DNA of 64,000 nt, taken from contig JAYWIR010000025.1 of NCBI GenBank assembly GCA_036172245.1, forward strand, positions 124,001 through 188,000, written 5' to 3'. The translations under genes and the position numbers were made by a program. The notes below the pieces were generated by a model, which saw only the letters and a program-made list of their open reading frames with translations, was not told the origin of the DNA and did no database searches. The DNA comes from Raillietiella orientalis. Taxonomy: Eukaryota. Position 1 is the stretch's first letter. The number at the start of each line of letters is the position of its first letter. This document shows positions 37,601 to 49,911 of this stretch, piece after piece.

Positions 37601-40600
37601 TTGATTGGTAAATATGTGACAGCAATACGGACCGAACAGCTTTCTAAGGGAAGAAAAAAGGGTGCGATGTGAAGCAAGTTTCAAATCTGACAGCACACTT
37701 GCACAATCAAGCAATGACCAATGTGATGCATTGAAGACACAAGAAATACACAAGTCGTGAAACAAGAAAGAACTTACGAGAATACTCAGTAATATTTGCC
37801 TTTCCCCACTTATCAAAAATCTGATACTCACGGATTGTCCAGATCATTATCCAAAACATTGATCTTGTAGAATATACCTCTTTTGAAATACAATTCGTGC
37901 AAGTACAGGTCCAATGTTGATCTTTCTTCAGAATACAGCAGATCGGCGATGAAACTCTTGAAACACAAAATCTGTAAAATTGAAATGAGAATCTAATGAG
38001 AACTTTTGCACAATCAGAAATGATAGATGTTAAGTTTGAATATGATTTGAGTCAACTCGAAAATACTAATATTGAAGCATCCGTGACCAGCTTACACATA
38101 GGATGTTTAATAATTGGTTACAGTATAATTTCAAAATGGATTACCATAAGCGAATACATGGCATCAAATGGGGCAAAATACAAAAACCAAATGCAACACT
38201 CAGGAGATTAAATCACAAGGACAGCAACTGGACTCCACTTAATGATAGTTCATTCGCAATAACCTCCTTATCGGTTAATTCAAGTAGCTGGAAAAATTAG
38301 TTGTGATGGGAGAGACAACCTGCTAATATAATTTCGCCTACGCACGTATATCATCAATTAACCAAAATTGTATAACGAAGTACATGCAAACTTCGAATGT
38401 ACGAAAACAGTTAGTCACATGCAAGAGCAGCAATCAAAGAGAACCACAGCCTTCCATTCTTCACGAAAGCGCGAAAACAGAGTAGGCATCCACTCTGTTG
38501 AATGTACAATCACTGCTTGTGAAGGCAGGTTGTACATTTCTCCGATGAGTTTCTAATTTTTGTACTGAACCAAAGGAATAGCGGAGTACCGAATACAAAG
38601 CGGAAACGAACCATCAGGTTCATCTTCACGTTTTGAGATTGCAACCTTACATCCGGTGAAAGAGAATTTGAGCCCGAAATGCTTGACCAGGGTCGCGTGT
38701 GTACTTGGTGGAATCAGATACCCCCGACTCTCGAATTCAAGTGCGAAAGAGTTTCATGAGCGTGACTACTTCATGTACTTTCAGAATGTACTTTCATGTA
38801 CTTTGAGGTTCATTTGGAAGATTCGCAAGTGGTACATTCGCCTACGAATGTAGCACCTTGCGAACACGGAAAAAAAATACGATCTTCGATATGAGTTTGA
38901 AATTCATTCAAAAAAAGTCGTGAATGGATCTCCAAAACAACGTATGACTTCGAATAATGAAGTGATTTCAGCGTTGTACGATATTAGAGAAATTAGAAAA
39001 GTATACAGTGAATGCATTTTTAGTGTATAATGTTGATTCGAACATATTGCGGTTATAATCCATCATGCATTTGAACTATAGCAAGTAGAAATTGCCTTTC
39101 AATACCAACAGCTCTTCACAAATATAAATGCACAGCCATTGAAACACTTTGAAAATCGAAGTGAATGAGCGATCGGGAAGAGACAAATAATCTGATAATT
39201 TCGGAGGAATACTTCGAGCTTTAGCGAAAAGAAATACAACCTTTACATTTCGTGAGAGCTAAGATAAGAAAATTCATCTATTTCCACTTTTGCCACAAGG
39301 ATAAGTCCTGTGAAAATCTTTCCAATATTAGCATTCCACTGCCAACAGTGCATTTCAGGATGCTAGGATGACCAGCATTGCACTTTGCTATTACGATAAT
39401 CGAGGAAGGCAAAGAAATAACCAACGCTGGTTTTCACGAAATTCAGCAAAGATTTGGATTCGGTCTCGCGCCTCCGTAATTTCGCGTTCAAAGATTGGAA
39501 TGAGAATCAGCTTCGAAAATTCTACTACGGATAAATCTATTCTTCACGGTACCATACATCAGAGCTGCTTCTGTCTGGTGAAAGATCACTCTGAAACCAG
39601 AGTAGTGGACGAATGATGATGGTCTCTAGCTGTTTACTCGAGCAACGACCACAGATATGGCTAAGCATGCAACGTTGACTTGAAATACCTGCTGCAAGTA
39701 ACCTGACAAGAAATGACCAACACCATGGCTGCTTTCATTACTAAGGAAACAGAGCTCAAGATTGGGTCGAAAAGAGCTGAATGCTGGAATTCCCTACTTA
39801 CATGAAGGAACGGTGTCGCGTATTAATCAGCAGAACACTACGCGCTCATCAAATCCAATTTAATCCAATTAAGCACGATTAAACAGCATGGTGAAAATAG
39901 TATTGAAAAAAAAAATGTCAAATGTACATTGTCCAACATTCGAAACTGCCACGTTTCCATTCCTTGGAGCAAGCACTGCAGGCACTCACATAATGATAGG
40001 CATGCGTCAAAACATCCTTACATTAAATCCCGTTATTAGATAGCCACCAATGTGTTGCTTGCGCTATTTGTATAAAACAGCGATAAGGAACTGAAGGCAT
40101 AAGAAAGTCTTTACAGAAACAAGAATAGATTTAATTAATTTTGCAGATAATAAGTGCATGTCGAGGCATACAGAAACACTAAACTTCCAAGAAGATAATG
40201 CACTCTAGCTACGGCTTTAAAACAGAAGAAATTCACTAACAAACTGTAACATACGAATCGAAATGGGATTTTTCGTTCAATCAAATAAGTTTAGGGATTC
40301 TTCCCAGAATTCCCAATTTGATGTGCTCAAGTCCAGTAGCTTCAACAGCCATTCGCAGTTTTGAACAAATAAGTTATTAACCAACTACTTCGAATAAACT
40401 TAATGTTTGTTTCACCATATGATCCCCTAATACATACTTCTATTTAAAAAAAAAACGTTGTTAATATGGATTCATATCAGCAGCACCCAATTTCCATAAC
40501 GATAAATGACCTTAGTGGCATTACTAAAAGAGATTAAAAGATTTAAATAAGCTAAAAGAGATTGTGGTTTACACTCTTTGATGTAATTGAATAATAACTT

Positions 40601-42907
40601 AGACAACAAAATATAAGATGAAAATCAGCCATGGATAACTAGAAACAATAATTTTTCACATTTAATGCTCCAGCTAAATTCGAACTGACTCCAAGAATCT
40701 GATAAGTGAAAAATTTGGAATTTGGAAAACATCCAAACTCTAAATGCTTTTTTTGCACAAATTCCTGCTGATAGAACAACGAATTTATGAATTACCAACA
40801 TAGGCAATAAACGGAACCTAGCAAAATTATTAGAGTTGAGATTTTAAATTAGTCCTGTAGCAAAATCTTTTGGGTAGAGAACTTATAGACGTAACCTTAA
40901 GGGTTCTTGTGGAAGGCTGAAATATGAAATCCTCTAAACAAATCTCTTCTGAAGATGCAATGGCGAATTTGTTTCACAGACAGCCCCGTTGTGCAAACAG
41001 TTAGACAAACTCGCCATCTAAAATGGAGGCGAAATGCAGCACTACGCGTTCACACACACTGCACCATTACAAGAGACAAACAGCTTACAAGAAATATCAG
41101 TCCATAACTTTTGTAAAGTGATGAGGTCCACAGAATTCTACATTAATCTCCAATTAGCCGGGTCTTTGCCAACGCAAAGAACGAACGGAATGGTAACACT
41201 GCCGGACACGGCACCTAAACAACACTTAAAATTACATGCTGAGAATGCGGATGAGTATCCCAGGTAACGTTTCAATGAGCTCTTTACGAGGACAGAAAAC
41301 GAAGCAAACCCCGACTCCATTTTTCGAAAAGTGCAAACTACCGTGCCGAATATCCGAAGTCTTTTTCGGCGCAAAAAGAAGCTCTGAACTATTCCAAATG
41401 AAAACACGTAAAGTCTGCATACAAAGGCCTGCTGAGATGCTGAAGCGGAGAAAACGGTAAGTACATAAAATAAATCCAAGTCTGAGCACAGCTATGATTA
41501 GTCCCACGAACGACGACCGCAGGTTCTTGAAGAACGACTTGTAATTTCACAGCAAACAAATCAGAAGGACATGCATCAAGAAAGCCATGTCAAGGATTAA
41601 GAGCATCGTTGACAAAAAGAAAAAGAAAACGCCGGATGTAGGAGTTAAGACAAAATCACACCTCCACTTTTCAAAAGGGTGACGATCTGGGATACCAAAT
41701 ACGATCACCTCATTACTTAGGAAACTGCAGCAAAATGGAGACTACACAAGCAATGAAAACAGTAAGAAATTACAATGAGAATTCTCAAGGGAAATGAGAT
41801 TTTACAGACCTCATTTTTATTTTTTTTTACAGGTACACTTCCGTGTACATACTTACGATAACCATGGTGAGAATTATTCCGAGAGCTTTGAGGGTATGCA
41901 TCTGGAATTTTCGAAAATCTTTCTTTCCCAAAGTGTCATAATAACCACTGGACAGAAATCCCACGAAGTAAGCTACTGATTGCTCTACAAAATGAATACA
42001 TAATGGTGATAACATTCTTAGATATGCTGTATGCAATTGAAATTGAGAAAATGTGACACTTTAACATGAGGGACGGTTGTGGTAGAAGTAGATACATACT
42101 TTTGCCATAAGTCCAATCCTCCGAAACTGAGTTATCCGTAATTAACCAGAAACGAAAATGGAAAAAGTTACACAGCATACTACATAATTAAAATTTCATG
42201 GTTTTCCTAAGTAATGATACTGGTACCACATCACTGCACAATCAACCCATTTAACACTGAGCATGTGATCACAACAAAGTGACACTTCGGTTCCACTATT
42301 CCATAGAAATACATTCTTATCTTCAATAGTGATCAGCCCATCGTAGCTTATGCTTACTTCAGGTTCTGTAACGAACATTTTGCTATGATGGTCCAGTTTT
42401 TGAACGTCACGGCGTTTCTAAGCTTTTACGCATCGTATCATTATTATATGCGCATATCCAATACATATCCATGCATACATCACGTGAATGCACAAATGCA
42501 TTCATTCACCTGACGCGATCAAACCAAACTACATAAACAATATTCAAATAATTATGATTCGTTTTTTCGGTGCTTCGCAAAAAAAATGCACAAGGCATCC
42601 CTTCACGCGCCGCTCAGGGCTACCCACGAAAGTGCGAACGAGCCGCCACCAACAATCAGCCGAACTTCTGGTACCATTGGCATCCCGGATGCAGAACTTG
42701 GACAACAAACGGTTTCCATTCGTGTACATTGTATTTGGACTGTAAGGGAAATGTGTATAAGGATTCTATCCTACCTACGATGCAGAGCAATAAAAGGAGG
42801 AGGAAGAGCCCGCACACTTGGTAGTTCCCGCTTGCGAAGAACACCTTGACGATTTTCGTGAATCGTTTCATGAACACCCAGTCGAAACCATTTTTCTGGG
42901 CCATCAT
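16373..42907 (-). CDS. ABCD4: ABC transporter subfamily D member 4 (lysosomal cobalamin transporter type), 11 coding exons, 598 aa
   Basis: Manual join of complement(42775..42907, 41857..41984, 37832..37971, 33255..33371, 26877..27002, 20987..21254, 20806..20945, 20182..20303, 19672..19871, 18058..18179, 16373..16673) = 1797 nt. All introns are GT-AG and phase-compatible. Motifs: FYKINVL..DLDNPDQRMTQD, QEEKEGNFRYAH..VRQHAESIAF (EAA-like), AGLTHRVGE, Walker A GPSSSGKST, LPQVPF, signature LSPGEIQR, Walker B AFLDEAT, H-loop ISVGHR..LEKFH. The short N-terminus is typical of ABCD4 rather than ABCD1-3. Confidence 0.93.
18058..18179 (-). CDS. ABCD4: ABCD4 coding exon 10
   Basis: VVYPSQEVDCDASLHDYIGMLGLTHLFDQSETLHSPISWD(R); acceptor ttccag, donor gtaata. 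Confidence 0.88.
19672..19871 (-). CDS. ABCD4: ABCD4 coding exon 9 (Walker A)
   Basis: (D)LCVTLRKGHNVLINGPSSSGKSTLLRIMKGL...YLPQVPFLTCGSLLEQ; acceptor ttttag, donor gtatga. Confidence 0.93.
20182..20303 (-). CDS. ABCD4: ABCD4 coding exon 8 (TMD-NBD linker)
   Basis: AKYNYGFEKEDVHKECQVHPSIICKHLTVRDYRKNTALLR; open frame, phases match both neighbours; donor gtaatt. Confidence 0.75.
20806..20945 (-). CDS. ABCD4: ABCD4 coding exon 7
   Basis: NAFLTMYLVSILTSLVSNASNFGVIAGLTHRVGEFMEY...; follows a 41-nt intron; donor gtgagt. Confidence 0.88.
20987..21254 (-). CDS. ABCD4: ABCD4 coding exon 6
   Basis: YAHVYVRQHAESIAFLDG...FSYLGSILSYIIIAIPVF...LSALFSQ; acceptor ttttag, donor gtacga. Confidence 0.92.
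21600..23600 (+). mobile_element. Decayed LINE RT remnant in ABCD4 intron 5
   Basis: LSEWKAC (LD.EKAF-like, about 22420), DGCPENPRF (QGCPLSP.LF-like, about 22670) and SLDDKTL (YADD-like, about 22790), in the correct order. Confidence 0.5.
22838..22859. repeat. (CAT)n microsatellite
   Basis: tcatcatcatcatcatcatcat. Confidence 0.9.
25440..26700 (-). mobile_element. Decayed LINE ORF2 remnant (APE and linker) in ABCD4 intron 5
   Basis: GYWKMEGSILK matches the L1/Tx1 post-endonuclease G.WKLN.S.L motif (in ORF 26025..26585). Confidence 0.55.
26877..27002 (-). CDS. ABCD4: ABCD4 coding exon 5
   Basis: TGYYGVVGSFLFFAVFTVLNKVLLSPVSSITADQEEKEGNF(R); acceptor tttccag, donor gtaaag; 126 nt. Confidence 0.9.
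30200..31600 (-). mobile_element. Decayed LINE endonuclease remnant in ABCD4 intron 4
   Basis: LIEYDYH (GGDFN-like), then DFALREAHH..GFSSY (D.WR..H...FTY-like); weak to moderate. Confidence 0.35.
33255..33371 (-). CDS. ABCD4: ABCD4 coding exon 4
   Basis: DQRMTQDADKLCRILCDVVPNLLLTPFTATYYSFQVYN(G); acceptor tttcag, donor gtacgt; 117 nt. Confidence 0.9.
33700..36250 (-). mobile_element. Decayed LINE (linker + RT) in ABCD4 intron 3, interrupted by younger insertions
   Basis: LNMEFEVTEREI and FESMITDANFPRT (linker, about 35450-35680), then GHRNTGPLSP (G.RQG.PLSP-like, about 34420). Confidence 0.5.
34780..35410 (+). mobile_element. 5'-truncated LINE 3' end (family copy 3), nested in an older LINE
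   Basis: LASAFPHQDTASDLLRRFFEPGGL aligns with LASALPHPEGTTKDLLLHLFLQGGL of copy 2; 3'UTR and terminus aataaacgccccggagtgaccagg match copies 1 and 2. Confidence 0.65.
36263..36787. mobile_element. Non-autonomous piggyBac-type element
   Basis: TTAA|CCCTT...AAGGG|TTAA termini; imperfect TIRs (cccttagggtgtggagcacat vs ccctttgagtgcgcacacat); 525 bp with AT-rich interior. Confidence 0.7.
36906..37464. repeat. Left arm of an inverted repeat pair (MITE-like) flanking ABCD4 exon 3
   Basis: 37327-37464 is nearly identical to the reverse complement of 38647-38782; 36906-37042 matches the reverse complement of 38802-38916. Confidence 0.85.
37832..37971 (-). CDS. ABCD4: ABCD4 coding exon 3
   Basis: ILCFKSFIADLLYSEERSTLDLYLHELYFKRGIFYKINVLDNDLDN(P); acceptor ttttacag, donor gtgagt; 140 nt; not in the ORF track. 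Confidence 0.9.
38647..38916. repeat. Right arm (internally deleted) of the inverted repeat pair flanking ABCD4 exon 3
   Basis: e.g. gggtcgcgtgtgtacttggtggaatcagatacccccgactctcgaattca is the reverse complement of sequence at about 37371-37420. Confidence 0.85.
41857..41984 (-). CDS. ABCD4: ABCD4 coding exon 2
   Basis: (E)QSVAYFVGFLSSGYYDTLGKKDF...ILTMVI; acceptor ttttgtag, donor gtaagt; 128 nt. Confidence 0.9.
42775..42907 (-). CDS. ABCD4: ABCD4 coding exon 1
   Basis: MMAQKNGFDWVFMKRFTKIVKVFF...LLLLLLCIV; donor G|GTAGG, phase 1. Confidence 0.85.
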
Positions 42908-45869
42908 TCCGCTTCCGATGTCACTCTTCAGACACGAGCACTTGACGCAGGGAGCGACGGGAAAAAAATCGACGCTTGCTTGCGGTCAATCCGCCAAAAG
43001 CACCTTAGATAAGCGTTCCGTGCCTTGTGAAAATAGTCGGAACCGTCGTATTTGGAAAAATCAAACGAAATTTGTATATCCAACTCGCATTGCAGTCTTG
43101 GGTGTTGTAACCGGTGCACAACTCGCCACTATACTCCAGTCCGGAAAGGAAAAATGGGGTTGCAGAAAGAATAGGGGCTTGCTGGGAATCCGTGTGGCGT
43201 GCTGGTAGTGTTCTCGCTACGAACAAGTTGTTATGGAACGTGAAGAATTTTGAGAGCGGCCCCTTCGAAACGAATTCTTTCATAATTATCGCACTGCAAT
43301 GAAAATCTTGTGCAGGGCAGCTGGGCGTAGCGTGAGACCACCTCGTCTGCTGCTTTACACCGGGCAAAGTGCAAGAAAAGCAAACTGTTATTTCAGAAAA
43401 ATTTGTTAAAGTGCTGTGGCTCGCCGAAAAATGCAAACTATACAAAAACAAATGTGAAAATATTATCCTAGTTTTAAATAAGAAAACACCAGCTTCATAA
43501 GTTGCAGCACGGTTATGGTTCCTTATTGTATGCATGTTTGAAATGAGTGATGCTAATCAAAAGGGATCAAACCATTGTATTGATGCAAAATTCCTTGGAA
43601 ATGGAAAACTACAACATAATAAATACATGAATAAATGGTTGCTTTGCTTTTATTTTCACCTGATTTTTCTCCAAAAAGGGTTTATTTTGTTGTGTTAATG
43701 AAAAACGGATACTACAATGCTTAACTGTTTCCTTTTTCAATAGAATGGGCTCGGTACTATAACACTAGCAACTAATCAGCCATTGTTAAAAAGCATCCAG
43801 CCTATTTTAAAATTTGCATGATTGTAGAGCAGTCAGAGAAGTTCTATCATTCTGGAATATATAAATATGTCTTCAGAACAGAAAGATTACAGGATTTCTA
43901 TTATGTATACTTATTGAAAGAATCTTTATGGGTATGAGTATGCAGAAAATTCTTTGAAAATCTTTCAAAGAATGGTTCTCGGCTTTCTTACCTAATATTT
44001 GAAACAATTTGGGTATGGAGACTGTAACCACTGAACTTGCTTTGATTTAAAGACCATGCACTTAGAGTCTTTAAACCATCTTTAGTGGATAAAAGAAAAA
44101 GAATTCTCAAGATATTCAGGAGGACTTTTATTTTTGGCTTAGTATGTAATCTCTCCTAGTTTAGACATTTTAAAAAAATGTACTGGGATATGAAATACTG
44201 ACATATAGCAAACTGAGTTATTTTTTTTGGAAGAGTTGTTGGCAGAACACTCACTGTTATGACTGTTCTGCATACAAATTGGGAAATATGCTGTGCTAAT
44301 GATCAGCATGCTTGAGTATTTTTGGGAGAAAACAGGCAGCTTTCAAAATATAGATAGCTTAACTTTCTCACCTTAAAAGCGTTTTCATCTAATTTAATAG
44401 ATACCTATATGAGAAAGAGAAGATTCCATAAAAAAAGTGACTTTTTTGCCATACCAGTTGGGTTTGGAAATGTGATTAGCCATTTCCAGAGCCCTATTGT
44501 GAAACTTTCTAATGAAAACAAAATAAACAGTGCAAGAAATCATGAAAATCCTTTTTCAAGATCCTGGTTCTAAGAAACCATCCAAAGATGAAAGAGACCT
44601 TAATAAGGATGGAAACCAAAAATCTGAGTATCAAGAAATCCACTTGTGAACGAGTTGTAAAAAATATGCAGAGATGAATAAAGGGTGCTAAGGTGTGTGA
44701 AAAAAATGACGTGTTGTATTATTACCCACAGCAGACTCAATTTGCCAGGCATCTAATTGGGAATCATTAGAGAACATGGTTGCTGCACATGTATATGCAA
44801 AGCAACCAATGCATTTTTCTAATTCATCTATGCAAATAAAACAGCTGGAAATAACGAAAATGCGAAAACCTGTTTCAAAAACAACTGCCTTTAGAACACA
44901 AATCTTTGAAAAATGAATCATGGAAATCTGTCACCATGAATTCCAGAACACATAAAACAATAGGAATTCCAGGTTTCCACCATTAGGAATCCATACTTAA
45001 AGGTGCCCCATTCCAACTGTAACTCTTCCATGCAATGACTTCACGGAAGTCTCGTTTACATTACATTCGTGTAATTTCCACGTAAAATTGTAAAACACTG
45101 TTGATGCATAAATATAAAACGTTTCTGTGCATTAGTTGAGCAGCATTGTTGCCAATTCCCTGTGCTTCAATCGTTTCAGTTTCAGAAAAGTAAAAGTGTG
45201 TCCGAAAGTTTCATTGTGGTCACGAGAATGCTAGAAGGAATAACCTTTGAATTATTATTCTCCGTATTGGAATGTATGATCATTTTTTAAAAGTGATAAT
45301 CAATCCTTTTTGAATAATTGTTGCAACATTTCCTGGTTGTCAATAAGGTAGATTTCGGCGCCAGGTCCAGAGTGAAAAACGTAGCTTTGTTCTCTGAAAT
45401 ACTGTCGACATCCAAAAGCTCCAAAAAGTAGCTAGTTTACGAGGTTTCTCTTCTTCATCATATTTTTTAATTAAAGCACTGATAATTTCATTAATTAATA
45501 ATGGATAAGACTATAGAATATGCATTCTAGGAAGAGGATGTGTATTCAAAAGCATTACCTTATAACATTTGTTGATACCACGCGATAGCTCTTGATAATC
45601 GTCAAAGTGAAGCTTTGCTTCTGTCCACTACGCGTTACAATGCTTTAGGAGTGTAAAGACAACTATTGAAGAAATGAACGTTGAAGAGGGCCTAGTAGTT
45701 CAAGAAGAACAGAGTAGTAGTCCTTATCACAAGGACTATCGTTATTTGCAATTGTCGTTGCAGGATGACAGAAAGCAGAAGCTGTCTACTGAGGACGTCG
45801 GATAGCCTCAACAAACACATGAACTGTTAGAACTCAAGTATACGAAGATTAATTTCCATGCAGATACTT

Positions 45870-46760
45870 AATAAACAATAAACAACAGAAATGGCTTCAT
45901 GCATCTTTTGCATGGCTGTTATAATCATACAAAGAAGCAAACAAACAACACCACCTATTATGTAACTACAGGTAACACAAGTATGAAAGTGGTCAGACCA
46001 TCACTTCAAGGTGTTCTAGAAAGGAAGGACATTCGAATTGAATGAAGAGGGATATAGGGAAGATGATAGAGGGAATTAGTTGGCTCATTCCGATGACAGA
46101 GAATGGTTCTTCATTCTGGAATTACTGTAGTACAAAATCATGGATATATTTCTATTTAGTTTTTTGAAAAGGTCTGCAGAAACAAGAAGCTAAATGTGAT
46201 GGGCATGTCCGCAATTGTGATACAATTAGCTATATAAAAGTATTTTCTACTACTTTCAAATTAAAAGGAAGCATTTATGAAATCACTGTAGCCTTAATGC
46301 TTAAGAAAATCAAGCATTTCTTGTATATTCGACTTGTGTTAATGAATTTGATATGTAATCAAGTAATTCGCTGAATTTGCATACTCGCCAAAGTAATGAC
46401 TATTACAACATTGGCTTATTTACAAGTTTCCCTATGAGTTTTGCCCTTTAAGATATGGGCAAGTGGAACTCTTCTTCTTTATAATTTCTTTTGCATTTCT
46501 GGTATATTCGAGTTCAAAAATGCACTGGTATGCACCACCAGGTGTCCTTATAATGAATATGACTTTGAGTACCTTTCAAGTGCTTTGATCTGAAATACAC
46601 ATACTTAGTTTCATGCATTTTAATATATGAATATTCTCAGCTAAAAGCTTTCAGAATTTGGAGCAGTGATGAGTCCTTCAGATCGCTCCTTGCAGAGATA
46701 ATCTTGGCAAATGTATATTCATAATCGTTAGCTACTAATTACGTTTGTCTCACATGTGAA
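45870..46760 (+). pseudogene. Putative fossil piggyBac transposase fragments
   Basis: Ordered, frameshifted remnants: NRNGFMHLLH (SRNRF..I...LH-like), KVVRPSL (KVRPL-like), GSSFWNYCSTKSWIY (G.K.W..CD..T.Y-like), YNEY (YN..MGGVD-like). Confidence 0.3.
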
Positions 46761-49636
46761 AGTTCACAACTAAGCTGCATCACAAAGAAACTGAGCTATA
46801 CTGTAGGAGTTTACAAAAACATAAATCAATACTGACATCTGTTGGTAAAGCATACAACAGAAATTGGAATTTTTTTTGATTATTCTTATAACTTTTTTTC
46901 AATTGCTTTATGTATAGCTTCACAAAGTTTTTGGTGATTCAAGATGTCACTTAGTTTTTCAAATAGCTCATTCAAATACAGTTAGGATCGATACAGATAT
47001 GAAATAAAATAAGCATTCAACAAAATATTCAGGTAAGTAGTGAAAATATTGATTTCTTCACTTAGCAATCTAAAATTCGTTTAATTATATTATTTATGAA
47101 GACAAACAGAAGATATAGAAACAGAAGATAAGGTCACTTTGGAGCTCTATATTACTACTACTAAAGCAAAACCAGTGAGAATATCAAATAATGAAGTCTA
47201 AGGAACATGGTTCTTTATAATGTAATCTTTGGACAATGGTATAACGAACTTAATTAGAGAAAGTCAGGCACAATTTCAGTTTGAAAAATATCATCCAAAA
47301 TTAGAAAGAAAAGACAATTTCAATAGACAACGCTTTCATTCATAAATAATTACAAACCTTCATTGTCGTCAGAAGCTCTCTACGTTCATGAAGATTTTAA
47401 TCAGAATTTATTCATCCATAATATTCTGAGGAAATATAGAGATTCCAAAGACTGATCTATAAAGTAGCAAAAAAAGCATGACCTTTAGTTTTCAAGCATA
47501 CTGTTTTGATTTAAAGTATAATTGCATGGATAAGAATTGAGTTTTTAAATAGCATTGTTTACTAAATTCATCAGTTCGCTTAAGTTTGACTAGAAAACAG
47601 AATGAAATTATAAAGTTGCACATGAAATTGGAGGAATTTTTGGAAAGAATACCAAAATTCGTCTCTGTAACTGTTAAAAATGATTTTTTTTCGTACAAAG
47701 CACGAAATATAGAGCTATCATTATCTAGTGTGTATCAGGCACTAGATATGTATTTGGGAAAGTAGTTTTCCTGAATAAGATTTTATGTGTGAATCAATCA
47801 TCTGATCTAATTTTTAGTTCTGTATTTAATTCCAAAATTTCAAAATTCACATTATTCCATTTGTATCACGGTTTGTCTTTCAAAATTTTTCATCATCAAA
47901 GATTCATCACTCATCCAACGTTGCTATCGCCAATTAATCAGTATATTTGTTATTGAATTCTATAAGTTTAGTAACAAGAATATTTATTAATTCTTGTATT
48001 TGCATTTTTAATTATCTTTATGGATTTATCTATTTAATTATCATTATCGTTGTTATAGGATTTTTAACTATCTTACATAGGCTGGTATCTCTGATAGACC
48101 GATAGTTTATTTTTTGCTTTTACCCGGTGGAGCTTGTTTATGTATTCGATGATTTTATGTGTATATGTATAGATGTATCGGACAAAAATACATGGGAACT
48201 TGAGATACACGGGATTTGAGCCTACCTAGTTTAGATTTCGAAGGCAAAGTAGTGAGCATTGAACGATGCCTTGAACATACGTCATTTATTTTGTTAAGCC
48301 AATGAATCGGCATAATGTTGGAACTTTGAAATTTTAAAGTAAAGGCAAGCTTGGCTTAGATTTTCTTCTGCTTGTTTTTATTGATCAGAGTGGACGTGTT
48401 TGATTAATTTAGTTTTAGTCCTTGAACACTGGAAAGCGTCGCTTGGGTTTTTAATAAATGCCCTGTGTAGTTTGCTGTACAGTTTGGTGTTATTTCAGCT
48501 TCCAATACCTAAACATACGTAAAACTTCCGTACGCTGCACCGAAAAATTAAAGGGATTTTTAATGTTAGTTTCATTTTATTATAATGGTGCTTGAACTTT
48601 TTGAATAAATGTGTTACATAAATATGAAATTCTATTTCATATTTCAGTTGAATTGTGCACATTAAAGTTTCAATATTATTGTGCAGTTAGATTTTTAGTA
48701 CAAGATCTTTTATCATATGTGTAAGCTTTGGTAGAATAATGCATGTTTTGATATTAGACTCTATTTCCCATATTTAAAGATTAGAATAAACAGGCTTGAC
48801 ATTGAAAAATAAATAAATCAAAGAAACTTTCAAATAAAAACATTAATAATTGTCGGTGTTTGTATTTTATTTTGTTATCTACAGTGACGCATATGCAGTA
48901 AATTTTTTGGGTATTTGTTATGTTTCATTAAATTTTTTATGCCATTAACATGAGATTTCCACATTCATATTCATGTTATCCCATACTGTTTTTTGTGTAA
49001 GATATATAGTTACTGTATTCGGAAATGGTGGAATTTATTGATTTTGTTTTAATATTTTCTGAATATCCAAGTTCATGTAAACTAGATTGTTAGTTTTAAC
49101 ACTCTTTCCAGTTTTGTAGTAATAATTAAGTTGATAACAGTAAATTTAAGTAATGACACTAGGTTAATCTTATTGGTGTGGTAGAGTCACACATCATTCG
49201 TGATTACTAAATGCATTGTGAATTCCCATGAATTTAGGATACAAAAAATATGCACATGCAAGATTTTATAAAATTTATTGCTTATGTTTCTTTTGTTCAT
49301 TTATATAATGATCGAATAAGTGTTATTTAAAGACTTAAAGTATAAAAGTAGAGTAATTGGAATGGAAAATCCTCAAGCTGAAATGATGCTTGATTTTTGA
49401 ACTGACATTAAAGTTTAATTATAATAATTATTTGATATTGTATTACTTTGCTATTTTATTTTATTATATATATATATATGTATGTTTTCAAATTCTGATG
49501 GAGGATTTTATAAAGAACACATTTTGCATTTTTGTTAATTAAATTTAAGTAATCATTGTTTAAGAAACTACGAAATAAAATGAAGCACTGGTTTTATTTA
49601 ATGATGCAATAATGTTTGGGGTTTTGTTAATTATAG

Positions 49637-49911
49637 TAAGAAAAAAAGTACAGATACCCACGAGTGGACTGTGTGTAAAGATGTTGGTAACTATAATATT
49701 GCCATGTCTTGTGACTCATTAGTTCTGAATCCTATCGCTGGGATATCTGTTTGTGAATTCAGACAAAATCCATGTAAGTTGGAAGAAAGTAGCATAGGAG
49801 ACATATCAGAAGCCAGTAAAGCACTTATTGTACAAACTAATAAACCTCATTTAGTCAGGTTTGACAATGGTAGACTAAGTACTGCAGTAGCTTTATTACC
49901 TTTACCAGAAG
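49637..49911 (+). CDS. PHLDB: PHLDB exon (start of FHA region)
   Basis: Acceptor ttatag at 49636; first ATG at 49704; ...KALIVQTNKPHLVRFDNGRLSTAVALLPLPE; donor G|gttggt. Confidence 0.8.

Noticed and set aside
41936..42178. 80-aa ORF as ABCD4 first exon
   Set aside because: No ABCD similarity; 42775-42907 matches the family N-terminus and the splice phase.
48205..48272. tRNA gene on the minus strand (ggctcaaatccc B-box-like)
   Set aside because: No cloverleaf can be built; at most a decayed SINE head.
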